Part shown: piece after piece, positions 1 through 8,697 of the stretch
Position numbering within the stretch: the stretch's first letter is position 1
How the letters are laid out: each line of letters begins with the position of its first letter
DNA from: Candidatus Hydrogenedentota bacterium
GTDB taxonomy: Bacteria; Hydrogenedentota; Hydrogenedentia; Hydrogenedentales; SLHB01
DNA length: 64,000 bases
Direction of reading: 5' to 3'
Assembly (NCBI GenBank): GCA_963745075.1
Contig: CAVUWV010000010.1
Span: 128,001-192,000 of the forward strand
Notes under the pieces: generated by a model
Told to the model about the DNA's origin: nothing
Databases searched by the model: none
What the model saw: the letters and a program-made list of their open reading frames with translations, nothing else
Position numbers and translations under genes: made by a program

Positions 1-1798
1 GGATTGCCTCGTTCTGCAGGAGATTGACCAGGTCCGCAACCGTTGGCGCCGGATAGTAGTGGCCGCCGGTCTCGGTGGCCATTTCAATCAATGCCGATGC
101 CCGCACGTTTTCGCCAAAGCCGATGGGGTAGAGGCGAACGCGTTTGTCCTGAGCCTCTGTGATGACGTTGTCGACCGCGTTAACCGAAGAGGTGTCCCGT
201 CCATCCGAAATGAACACGACCGCGCGAACGTCCGTGTCATTGAAGGGGAATACGCCGAGATCTTCGTTCTCAATGCGTTGGCACGCTTCGATGATCGCAT
301 CGTTCACTTCCGAGGCGCCGTGCTCCCCGACGGGAACCGAAAATGCCTGCAACTCCGCGGCGAGGGTCGCCTTGTTGGTCGAGAAGTTGTGGATCAATCG
401 GTCGGTTTGCTGCCGCTCGTGGTATTCCATGAGCGCCATGCGGTACGAGTCGGGCAAATCGTTAATGAAATCGACCGACGCATTCACCATCTGGTCGATC
501 GCCGTCCCGCTGCCCGGAGGCGCGTTGTACATACTGCCCGTGTAGTCGAGCAGCAGCACGAGGTTGTATTTTAGATTCTCCGCGCTCGTCACGAAGAGAT
601 TGGTTTCATCCACGTCGAGAGGAACCATGTCCTCTTCCACGGTGAAAGCCGTCTGCAGGTCGTTGAGCACGTCGGGGTCCGTCGTGTCGATTGCTTCGCC
701 CACGGCGTTGCGCAGCAGAAATATGAAGCGCAGAATAAAGGGCGGCCGCGACCGGTTCTGGGCGCCCTCGAAGATCAGCGGCGACGCTTCCACATTCACG
801 ACCACGTCAACTGGATCGAGCCCGTCCGCGGTGACCGTAATCGTTCCGCCGTCGGTTTCACCGGTAAGTGCGCCGCGGTCGATCGTCACGGTTATCGGTA
901 CCCGATCGTAATTGAGCGGATTCCCGGTACCCGTACTTGAACCCGAATCCGGTTCGAAATAAATCAAATCCGGGCGGTCCGTCGACAACGTGAAATCGAG
1001 TGCGCTGCCGGCAGCGCCCGTATTGAACACGTCAAAGGTTAGCTGGCTGAGCGTGGTTCCGTAGTCGAGCACTTCCGGTTCCACGCCGATTTCCGCGCTC
1101 GCGCCCGCCGATATGTTCAATGCGACGGTTACGTCGCCCACAGTCGTCTGAACGATAATTAAAAATCCATAGACACCGGGGTCGAGTTGGCCTCGGTCGA
1201 TTTGGATGTCGACCGTACTGTTGGCGCCCGCTTGCGTCGTTCCGCCGCCGGGCGAAATGGTCAGGTAGGCCGGCGCCGTAATCTCCGTACCCGGATCGTC
1301 GGCGCTTTCCAAACGAAGATTCCAGGTGAGCGGCCCGTCCCCGTTGTTCGAAATCGTAAACTGGGTCGCTTCCTGGTTGTTGAGAAGGCTCAACGTCAGC
1401 GGCGTCACGTCCACCGTGGGCGTTCCCGGCACCTGCATGGCAACCGGCACGGTTTTGTTTCCGGCGCTGGACGATACGATGATGTTGCCGTTGTAGCTTC
1501 CAGGGGTGAGCCCCGTGCGGTCCACCGTGAAATAAACGCGGTCCAGTTCCGTCGTGGTGGTGCCGTTGGTGACGTTGGCGGTCAACCAGGGGATGCTTTC
1601 CGAAATGGTCCACGTGATCGCGCCCGAACCGGTATTCGTGATGCCGATGCTCTTTTCGTCGGCCAGCGAGCCAAAGTTGAGCGCGGCGGGTTTCACGTTG
1701 AGCACCACGCTGGTCGTACCACCGGTGGGGCACCCCGTCAACGCCAGACTGCCGAGGCAAAGGACCAAGATGGGCACTGTGGCCAATAGACGTTTCAT
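1..1798 (-). CDS. Lipoprotein with about 3 BACON-like Ig domains and a VWA domain (3' end runs off the window)
   Basis: Absent from the ORF track; translated by hand from ATG 1798 as MKRLLATVPILVLCLGSLALTGCP (lipobox). BACON-type repeats follow (ITNTGSGAITWTISESIPWLTA...VDRTGL). The same frame later gives a MIDAS-like LVLLLDYTGS, VVFISDGRD and MATETGGHYY. Confidence 0.85.
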   Translation of the reverse strand, partial: MKRLLATVPILVLCLGSLALTGCPTGGTTSVVLNVKPAALNFGSLADEKSIGITNTGSGAITWTISESIPWLTANVTNGTTTTELDRVYFTVDRTGLTPGSYNGNIIVSSSAGNKTVPVAMQVPGTPTVDVTPLTLSLLNNQEATQFTISNNGDGPLTWNLRLESADDPGTEITAPAYLTISPGGGTTQAGANSTVDIQIDRGQLDPGVYGFLIIVQTTVGDVTVALNISAGASAEIGVEPEVLDYGTTLSQLTFDVFNTGAAGSALDFTLSTDRPDLIYFEPDSGSSTGTGNPLNYDRVPITVTIDRGALTGETDGGTITVTADGLDPVDVVVNVEASPLIFEGAQNRSRPPFILRFIFLLRNAVGEAIDTTDPDVLNDLQTAFTVEEDMVPLDVDETNLFVTSAENLKYNLVLLLDYTGSMYNAPPGSGTAIDQMVNASVDFINDLPDSYRMALMEYHERQQTDRLIHNFSTNKATLAAELQAFSVPVGEHGASEVNDAIIEACQRIENEDLGVFPFNDTDVRAVVFISDGRDTSSVNAVDNVITEAQDKRVRLYPIGFGENVRASALIEMATETGGHYYPAPTVADLVNLLQNEAI

Positions 1799-1945
1799 CG
1801 CGTACGTCCCTCTAACTGGCGCGGGTACCCGTCGGCATCCCGGGCCATATGTTTTGGAAGCGGCCGGTTCTCCGGCTGCCCCCATTGCCGCAGCATCGAA
1901 CGCGGTGAAAACGAATCCGCCTTCGGGCGGGCCAAGTTCACGCCG

Positions 1946-2533
1946 CTAGGCCTGCTGGTCGCCGCTACTGCAACAAACTACGTTTACACCCTGTCCCTCA
2001 AGGTACGGGATGTCGAAGTCGTTCGCCTGATCGCCCAGCGAGTCGCAGGTAACGTTCACAAAATCGCCCGGCCCAAGGCCTCCATTCACGGAGTTGGTTA
2101 CCAACGGCTGAATATCCGTCACGAGCGTGCCGCAAAGACTCACGGAGTCGAGATTGGGAAGACCTGCGAGAGCAGAGACCTCGAACACGTCCGTGCCGTC
2201 GATATTCAGACTGAGAAGATTTACCAGACTGGAGAGAGGGGTGATGTCAGATACGGGGTTTCCGCTGATATCCAGATACGTCAGATTCGTGCAATACTCC
2301 AGGCCCGACAGGCTCCGGATGTTCAGATTGCGAACGTCCAGGCTGCTCAGCGTCAACACGTCCGCACGCGTCAGGAATCCCAGAGGGTGACTGAGCGCTT
2401 CCCGCACCGCCGCATCCAACACGTCATCATTGAACACCACAATAGTCGTCGCCGCCGGACAGCCCGACATGGTGACGACCAGCAGCACGGTCAACGCCGT
2501 GAATCCAAACCGTTTTATCCAATTCGTTCGCAT
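1946..2533 (-). CDS. Internalin-like leucine-rich-repeat lipoprotein
   Basis: Lipobox MSGCP; LRR units LEYCTNLTYLDISGNPVSDITPL and LSSLVNLLSLNIDGTDV. Confidence 0.85.
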   Translation of the reverse strand: MRTNWIKRFGFTALTVLLVVTMSGCPAATTIVVFNDDVLDAAVREALSHPLGFLTRADVLTLSSLDVRNLNIRSLSGLEYCTNLTYLDISGNPVSDITPLSSLVNLLSLNIDGTDVFEVSALAGLPNLDSVSLCGTLVTDIQPLVTNSVNGGLGPGDFVNVTCDSLGDQANDFDIPYLEGQGVNVVCCSSGDQQA

Positions 2534-2849
2534 GGCGCCCCCTTAAGGTATGAGCCTACGCGATCTCCAGCCCCAGCGCCGGAGAACCCATTCTTGCGGT
2601 TCAACGTACACAACCAGTCGATATTATGGGTCAAACCGGGCCATTTGTCAATAGTTTTCCTGTGGCCGGTACCGCTTGATGGCCCCCTGACGTGAAGCTC
2701 TACGTATTATACACCGAAAACTCCGCAGTGTCAGGCCGTTTGACGCAAAATTATCGAAATACTTTCCGATACCAGAACTCCCTGCTATAATATTTAGTAA
2801 GAATGCTTGATTAAAGATGCAAATACTGTCACAAAAGCCCTCCTCAATA

Positions 2850-2886
2850 CACAAAAGTCCCAAGGCGGTACTCCCCCTTGGGACTT
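2850..2886 (-). terminator. Intrinsic terminator of the 58-aa peptide gene
   Basis: 11-bp stem AAGTCCCAAGG/CCTTGGGACTT ending in TTTTGTGT on the minus strand, just after the stop at 2924. Confidence 0.7.
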
Positions 2887-2923
2887 CTCATGGTACTTCT
2901 GTGGACGAGCCACCCTGCCGATT

Positions 2924-3100
2924 CTACGTCTCCAGGATCGGATTCGGCTGGCACTTTTCATCCAAATAGGTCAGAAACGGCACCGAGCCGCCCTTTGCGC
3001 CGAGCAATCCGACCACCACGCCAGCGAGTTGACACAAGACATCCTGCCACACCGCCGCTTTCGCGGGGGACCCCTTCGATACCTGCCTGATGTGCTTCAT
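2924..3100 (-). CDS. Small 58-aa protein MKHIRQVSKGSPAKAAVWQDVLCQLAGVVVGLLGAKGGSVPFLTYLDEKCQPNPILET
   Basis: Strong SD (TAGGAGGT) about 8 nt before ATG 3100, its own terminator, and an upstream TTGACA-N18-TAAACT (3254-3225). Confidence 0.7.
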   Translation of the reverse strand: MKHIRQVSKGSPAKAAVWQDVLCQLAGVVVGLLGAKGGSVPFLTYLDEKCQPNPILET

Positions 3101-3371
3101 AACGCTAGACCTCCTAAGATCTTCCCGACTCAGTTCAACCCTGATGTTATGTACGATTGTCGCCTGACACCCGCCCCGATCACCTACGCGGGGGCAGAGC
3201 ACATTCGGCGCCCTTCTTGTCAAGAGTTTACTCTCGTCCCCCGCGCTTTGTCAACCCGACTGCGCCGCCGGGCGCGCCCCAGCGGTACGTACTATACGAG
3301 TCAAGCGGCCCTTCGTTTCGCGAAACCGTTCCCGTCTCCCCAATCGAGCCAGCGAAATCCCAACAAACGAG

Positions 3372-3417
3372 CGGGTCCGGTCCCGCGGGTGAGGGAGACT
3401 CCGCGGGACCGGACCCG
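3372..3417 (-). terminator. Hairpin/terminator after amt-glnK
   Basis: Perfect 17-bp stem CGGGTCCGGTCCCGCGG/CCGCGGGACCGGACCCG about 30 nt after the glnK stop; weak U tract. Confidence 0.65.
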
Positions 3418-3449
3418 TGCACGCTGAAGTGCGAGGACTTGTGTATGGA

Positions 3450-3791
3450 TCAGCCGATGGCCGCCCCGCTGGTTTCACCGGTACGGATGCGGATGCAGTC
3501 GGCGAGGTCGATCACGAAGATCTTGCCATCTCCGATTTCGCCCGTCTTGGCGCCTTTGATGATTCCATCGATCGTCGGTTTAACGTAGTCGTCGTTGACG
3601 GCGATCTCGAGGCGCACTTTCTTCAAGAGGTTGACTTCCACGTCCACCCCGCGATAGGACTCGTGGTATCCCATCTGCTGGCCGCACCCGAGCGCGTTGG
3701 TGACGGACATCTTGGTCACTTCCCGTTCGTACAGCGCCTGTTTGACGGCATTGAGCCGTTCCGGCTGAATGTATGCAACGATCAGTTTCAT
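3450..3791 (-). CDS. glnK: P-II family nitrogen regulatory protein
   Basis: T-loop [13 protein letters not shown] and [12 protein letters not shown] signature; directly downstream of amt. Confidence 0.95.
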   Translation of the reverse strand: MKLIVAYIQPERLNAVKQALYEREVTKMSVTNALGCGQQMGYHESYRGVDVEVNLLKKVRLEIAVNDDYVKPTIDGIIKGAKTGEIGDGKIFVIDLADCIRIRTGETSGAAIG

Positions 3792-3825
3792 TCAAATTGT
3801 CTCCTTGCCTCGTGAGGCGTCGTTC

Positions 3826-5241
3826 TTATTGCGTGGTGAAGATCTGGAAGCCGCTGTACGCCTCCATACCGTGCTCGCCGATATCCAGGCCGCGGATCTC
3901 TTCGGCTTCGCTGACCCGAAGTCCGATCGTGTATTTCAGCCCGAGGAACAGCACCACACCTGCGCCGAAGGCCCACACGAAGGCGGACACGACACCGATT
4001 GTCTGCGTGGCGAACTGAGCGAACCCGCCGCCATAGAGCAGCCCGCCGTCCAGGTTGAACAGTCCGCAAGACAAGGTGCCCCACGCACCGCATACACCAT
4101 GGACGCTGACTGCGCCCACCGGGTCGTCAATCTTCAGCACGCGGTCGATGAACAGTACGCTGAATACCACCAGAACGCCGGCGATGGCGCCGATCGCGCA
4201 TGCGCCGACGGCGCTTACGGTGTAACACGGCGCCGTGATCGCAACCAGACCGGCCAGCACGCCGTTAAACGTCATCGACGGTTCGGGCTTCTTGAAGATC
4301 ACCCACGACGCCATCATGGCCGTTATCGCGGCGCACGCTGCCGCCAGATTGGTCGTGATTGCGACGTAACCGATCTCACCGTTCGCCGTCGTCGTGCTGC
4401 CCGGATTGAACCCGAACCAGCCGAGCCACAGGATGAACACGCCCAGCGCCGCCAATCCGAAGTTGTGGCCGGGAATTGCTTTCGGCTTTCCATCCGGACC
4501 GTATTTGCCGATGCGCGGACCCAGAATCAGGGCGCCCGCCAAGGCCAGCCAGCCGCCGACCGAGTGCACGACCGTTGAACCGGCAAAGTCGACGAATGCC
4601 GGCAAATGCATGGCCGCCAACTGGCCACCGTCCGGCGCTTCCAACCACCCTGCCGAGGCTCCGTTAAAATCGGCATACAACCCGTTCCACGCCCAGGAAC
4701 CGAAGATGGGGTAAATGAAGGCGCTGATCAATACGCTATACACAAGGTACGACACGAACTTGGTCCGTTCTGCCATGGCGCCCGAAACGATCGTGGCTGC
4801 CGTCGCACAGAAGACCGTCTGAAACAAGAGGAAGGTCCAGGGCCACTGGGAAATCGCGTCACTCGCTCCCCAATTCACATCGCTCAACATAAACCCCGAC
4901 GTTCCGAACAGTCCTTTCGATGCGCCGAACATGATGCCGAATCCGATGACGAAGAACGCCACCGATCCGAAGGCAAAGTCCATCAGGTTCTTCATCAGGA
5001 TGTTCAGAGAGTTCTTCGCCCGGGTCATTCCCATCTCGACCATGGCGAACCCGGCCTGCATGAACATGACCAAGAACGCGGCGACGCAGGTCCACACCGC
5101 GTTCGCGTTGTACTGGAGTTGTTCCTGCACCGCGGCAACGGTGGGCGCTGCCGCGGGGTCGTCCTGGGCTATCGCCCAGGGCGCGCCAATCACCATCAGC
5201 ACCATGGCGATCGGCAAGATTCGTTTGGTTAAGTTAGCCAT
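3826..5241 (-). CDS. amtB: Ammonium transporter
   Basis: FMQAGFAMVE, DFAGSTVVHSVGG, LWLGWFGFNPGS and DDPVGAVSVHGVCG motifs; signal peptide. Confidence 0.97.
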   Translation of the reverse strand: MANLTKRILPIAMVLMVIGAPWAIAQDDPAAAPTVAAVQEQLQYNANAVWTCVAAFLVMFMQAGFAMVEMGMTRAKNSLNILMKNLMDFAFGSVAFFVIGFGIMFGASKGLFGTSGFMLSDVNWGASDAISQWPWTFLLFQTVFCATAATIVSGAMAERTKFVSYLVYSVLISAFIYPIFGSWAWNGLYADFNGASAGWLEAPDGGQLAAMHLPAFVDFAGSTVVHSVGGWLALAGALILGPRIGKYGPDGKPKAIPGHNFGLAALGVFILWLGWFGFNPGSTTTANGEIGYVAITTNLAAACAAITAMMASWVIFKKPEPSMTFNGVLAGLVAITAPCYTVSAVGACAIGAIAGVLVVFSVLFIDRVLKIDDPVGAVSVHGVCGAWGTLSCGLFNLDGGLLYGGGFAQFATQTIGVVSAFVWAFGAGVVLFLGLKYTIGLRVSEAEEIRGLDIGEHGMEAYSGFQIFTTQ

Positions 5242-5333
5242 GCTTCTCAGTCTCCTTTTTCACTCGCTGCGTTCACTTCTGTTTCAGGCCACCGACACCC
5301 GAGTTGTGCGGGATTTCCGCTGGCCGGAATGGG

Positions 5334-5350
5334 AGCAAATGCTATGCCAA
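5334..5350 (-). promoter_or_regulatory. Sigma54 (-24/-12) promoter of amt-glnK
   Basis: Minus strand TTGGCATAGCATTTGCT (GG-N10-GC), about 90 nt upstream of the amt ATG. Confidence 0.8.
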
Positions 5351-5420
5351 CAATCTATGTAGGCGAGAGGAATAAGCAATAAGATATTAGTAGATATGCA
5401 CTTAAATGGAAAATTCTATG

Positions 5421-5499
5421 TTTACGAGTCGGTAGGTCGGTTTGGGTATTCCTACCATCCGGTAGGAAGGGCTGGGGCGCGTCCCTACGCGCCGGTAAC
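5421..5499. promoter_or_regulatory. Three phased TAC-N6-GTA sites (candidate upstream activator sequence)
   Basis: TTTAC-GAGTCG-GTAGG (5421), CCTAC-CATCCG-GTAGG (5451, inside the palindrome TTCCTACC-N4-GGTAGGAA), CCTAC-GCGCCG-GTAAC (5484); offsets 30 and 33 bp. Confidence 0.7.
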
Positions 5500-5522
5500 C
5501 TTTTCGGCGCGGGCGCCTCTCA

Positions 5523-6503
5523 CTACCCGGTCGAGCGGTAATTCCGGGGTTCGATTCCGTACTTGCGAACGCGTAACCCCATAAGCCGCTCGGTGATGCC
5601 CAATTGCTGCGCCGCTCTGGAGCGGTTTCCGTTCGACGCGCGCAACGCATCGATAATCAGCGTGCGTTCCACGGATTCGAGCGTGGCGGGCAGGGAATCC
5701 TCCGTTACGGAAACCGCCGGTTCTGTTTGCTGTACCGGTGGCGGAAGGTGTTCCAGCTCGATCGTGTCCGACGTGCAGAGCATTACGGCGTGTTCGATAC
5801 AACGGTCGAGTTCGGTCAGGTTTCCCGGCCAGGTGTACTCCAGCAGAAGGCTGGCCACGCGGGAGGACAACCGCTGAATCGGTTTTTCGGCCGCTTCCGC
5901 GTATCGGCGTAAGAAGTGTTGCGCCAGCAGCAGGATGTCCGTTTTACGTTCGCGGAGTGGCGGTATCCGGATGGTAACGATCGTCAGTTCGTCGCAGAAG
6001 TCTTTAAGAAACCGGCCGTCTTCGATCAGGCGATCCAACTCGCGCCGGCTGGCGGCGATGACCCGGACGTCGGCCGGTTGTGGCGAATTTGCCCCCGGCT
6101 TCATGAACGAGCGCTCTCGAATGCACCGCATAAGCTTGGCCTGCATCGCTAAGCTGAAATCGCCGATTTCTTCGATGAATAAGGTGCCGCCTTCCGCTTC
6201 TTCGATCTTGCCCTGCGGCGGAACCGACCCGTGCGCAGCCGATGCGGCGCCGAAGAGTTCGCCTTCGACAAACGACTCCGTTACTTCCGGCCAACGGACC
6301 GTCACGAACGGATTGTGCGCACGTGCACTTAGATTGTGGATGGCACGCGCGATCGCCTCCGCGCCGGTCCCGCGCTCACTGCGCAGAAGCACCGCGACGT
6401 TGCCGCGCGCCACGTGCGTCGCCAGGCTGTAGACCTGTTCCATGGCAGGAGAGCGCTCGACCCGGTCAAAGCGGTCTATCTCGTCATCCCGGAAAGCGTT
6501 CAT
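5523..6503 (-). CDS. Degenerate sigma54 enhancer-binding-protein homolog (AAA+ fold plus Fis HTH, no sensor domain, catalytic motifs lost)
   Basis: Start moved to ATG 6503 (GGAG SD, sigma54 promoter just upstream); 326 aa. Walker A reads SERGTGAE, the GAFTGA loop reads AASAAHGS, Walker B reads FIEEI and the R-finger region reads FLKDFCDEL. HTH: LGITERLMGLRVRKYGI. Confidence 0.85.
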   Translation of the reverse strand: MNAFRDDEIDRFDRVERSPAMEQVYSLATHVARGNVAVLLRSERGTGAEAIARAIHNLSARAHNPFVTVRWPEVTESFVEGELFGAASAAHGSVPPQGKIEEAEGGTLFIEEIGDFSLAMQAKLMRCIRERSFMKPGANSPQPADVRVIAASRRELDRLIEDGRFLKDFCDELTIVTIRIPPLRERKTDILLLAQHFLRRYAEAAEKPIQRLSSRVASLLLEYTWPGNLTELDRCIEHAVMLCTSDTIELEHLPPPVQQTEPAVSVTEDSLPATLESVERTLIIDALRASNGNRSRAAQQLGITERLMGLRVRKYGIEPRNYRSTG

Positions 6504-6526
6504 ATAGAAACTCCGGGAGGGGGGAG

Positions 6527-6543
6527 AGCAACGGGCGTGCCAA
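6527..6543 (-). promoter_or_regulatory. Sigma54 promoter of the degenerate EBP gene
   Basis: Minus strand TTGGCACGCCCGTTGCT, a full match to TGGCACG-N4-TTGC. Confidence 0.85.
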
Positions 6544-6678
6544 CTCGGGTTGAGTTGAACCGGTCGCGCGCGGGGCGAACTTTGAGGCTGTATCAACTTC
6601 TTTCGGGAATTGGACTTAGAAGGTCCTCGCCAGATGAACGGTTGGGTTTCAGAGCGGTATGACTCGGATTCAAGCGAG

Positions 6679-6694
6679 CCTACCAAATTGTAGG
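6679..6694. promoter_or_regulatory. CCTAC-N6-GTAGG palindrome (candidate UAS)
   Basis: CCTAC-CAAATT-GTAGG; weaker partial sites at 6646 and 6709. Confidence 0.65.
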
Positions 6695-6825
6695 GAGTCC
6701 GGGGGATTCCAACCAGCACGTACGAACGAATGCGGTGAGAAGCCTGCGGAAAACCGCGCTTTCATTGTCCGTACTTGTCCGTGCAGGTCCGTGTCAGTCC
6801 GGGTAAGGTCGATTTGCCCCCGGTC

Positions 6826-8415
6826 TTACACCAGTCGGGCTGTGCGGTATTGGCGCGGGTTAATATTGTGCTTCCGCACCCGGAGCCCCATGATTCGCTC
6901 GGTAATCCCAGCGACTTCCGCCGCCTTGGCTTTGTTGCCGCGGGAGTTTTTCAGCGCTTCAATCAGCATCTCCCGTTCCACGTTGTCCAATGTGGCTTCG
7001 AGCGTCTCTTTCATGATGGTGCCCGAGGCTTCCGCCGTCTGCAGGGTGGGGGGGAGGTGATGTCCGTGGACCACGTCGTCATTGCTCAGCAACACGGCGC
7101 GTTCGATGCAGTTTTCCAATTCGCGAACGTTGCCGGGCCAATGGTAGCTCGACAGCATGTCGATAGCGGGGGTCGAGATCCGGCGAATGTCTTTTCCGGC
7201 GGACTTGCTGGCTTTCTCGACGAAGTGGTTGGCCAAGTCGAGGATGTCCGCCCGGCGTTCACGGAGCGGCGGGATGTGGATGGGAAACACGTTCAGGCGA
7301 TAGTACAGATCCTGCCGGAACGTTTCGTCTTCCATGAGGGTTTCCAGTTCCCGATTGGTCGCGGCGATGATCCGCACGTCTACCTTGATGGTTTCGGTGC
7401 CGCCGACCCGTTCAAACTCGCGTTCCTGCAGGACCCGCAGCAACCGGATCTGCATCGTCGGTGCGAGATCCCCGATTTCATCCAGGAAGATCGTGCCGCC
7501 ATCAGCCAGTTCGAATCGTCCTTTGCGCTGCTGCAACGCGTTAGTGAAGGCGCCTTTCTCATGGCCGAAGAGTTCACTCTCGATTATGGACTCCGGCAGG
7601 GCCGCGCAATTCACTTTCACGAAGGGCTTGGAGGCCCGCAGGCTGTTGTAGTGGATCGCGCTGGCCACCAGCTCTTTGCCCACGCCGCTTTCGCCGCGGA
7701 TCAGCACGGTCGCGTCGCTCTTGGCCACTTGTCCGATCAGGTCGAAGACCTTCTGCATGGCGTTCGAACGGCCGATGATGTTCGCCGGACGGAATCGATC
7801 TTTCAACTCGTTTTGCAGCCGGAGATTCTCTTCGCGCAGCCGCTGCTGCTCTTCCATGGCGGACTGGCGCAGGCGCACCGCTTGCGCGATCATCGACGCG
7901 ATAATCGAAAGGAGGCGAATGTCTTCGTCCAACGAAACCGGACCCGAAAACAGGCGGTCGACGCTCAGCGCCCCGATGGTCTCATTGCCCAACTTGATGG
8001 GCACACAGATGAAGGAGACTTCGTCCTTCTTGACCTTTTGCCGGGCGCCCGTTTTGTCTAGAAAAGTCGGCTCGTCGGAGATGCGCGGAATCGCCACGGC
8101 GCGTCCCGTTTCCACCACCATCCCGGTGACGCCTTCGCCCCTCCGGTAGTGGCCGCGTTCCCGCTGGCTTTCCGACAGCCCGTGCGCCGCCTCGATGAAC
8201 AGTTCTCCGGTGTCGCGGTTCAACAGCGTGAGGGTACCGCGCACCATTCCCGTGTTGTTGGCGATGGCTTTTAAGAGGGTGCCGACCTCGTCGCGCAAGT
8301 CCAGGCTGCGGTCCAGGGTCTGGCTGATCTCGAAGAGCAGGGACAACTCGCCGAGATCCTTCTTGATATCCGGACCCGTCCGTCGGCGGTGAACCTTCGT
8401 TTTTGTCTGTGACAT
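6826..8415 (-). CDS. NifA/AnfA/VnfA-like sigma54-dependent activator (GAF-AAA+-HTH)
   Basis: N-terminal GAF ([12 protein letters not shown]...SFICVPIK...IGALSVD), [39 protein letters not shown] and a C-terminal HTH. Confidence 0.93.
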   Translation of the reverse strand: MSQTKTKVHRRRTGPDIKKDLGELSLLFEISQTLDRSLDLRDEVGTLLKAIANNTGMVRGTLTLLNRDTGELFIEAAHGLSESQRERGHYRRGEGVTGMVVETGRAVAIPRISDEPTFLDKTGARQKVKKDEVSFICVPIKLGNETIGALSVDRLFSGPVSLDEDIRLLSIIASMIAQAVRLRQSAMEEQQRLREENLRLQNELKDRFRPANIIGRSNAMQKVFDLIGQVAKSDATVLIRGESGVGKELVASAIHYNSLRASKPFVKVNCAALPESIIESELFGHEKGAFTNALQQRKGRFELADGGTIFLDEIGDLAPTMQIRLLRVLQEREFERVGGTETIKVDVRIIAATNRELETLMEDETFRQDLYYRLNVFPIHIPPLRERRADILDLANHFVEKASKSAGKDIRRISTPAIDMLSSYHWPGNVRELENCIERAVLLSNDDVVHGHHLPPTLQTAEASGTIMKETLEATLDNVEREMLIEALKNSRGNKAKAAEVAGITERIMGLRVRKHNINPRQYRTARLV

Positions 8416-8447
8416 GATGCAAATCTACCCGAAATGTAAGTAGCTGG

Positions 8448-8493
8448 CTACGGAAACGTACCATATGGTAGGATTCTGATTCGGCAATGTCAA
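8448..8493 (-). promoter_or_regulatory. Sigma70-type promoter of the NifA-like gene, overlapped by two TAC-N6-GTA sites
   Basis: TTGACA (8493-8488)-N17-TACCAT (8470-8465); CTAC-GGAAAC-GTAC (8448-8461) and GTAC-CATATG-GTAGG (8458-8472). Confidence 0.6.
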
Positions 8494-8697
8494 GTGGGAC
8501 GATTCACTGATCGGCATTGCGCTCTTCCCGGTACTTGGTCACGGCCGTCGAAAGATGAAATCCATTTCCGCTATCATCTCGGTAACCGGCTCAGCGGAGA
8601 TCTCGCAGCCCACGGGACGATCGATCTTCCCCGTCGCGTGCACGCGTTCTACTGTGCCATATGTCTGTTTTTCCGACGATCGACACAAGGAAGACCA

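Noticed and set aside
6504..6719. 72-aa N-terminal extension of the degenerate EBP given in the ORF track
   Set aside because: It spans the sigma54 promoter and UAS; ATG 6503 has an SD and fits better.
6775..8061. Long antisense ORFs (for example 6775..8061, 20218..21786, 27213..28568, 39655..41151)
   Set aside because: These are shadow frames of well-supported genes in GC-rich DNA, with no recognisable motifs.
6826..8415. Calling the activator nifA and inferring nitrogen fixation
   Set aside because: There are no nif, anf or vnf structural genes in the window, and the linked sites are TAC-N6-GTA rather than TGT-N10-ACA.
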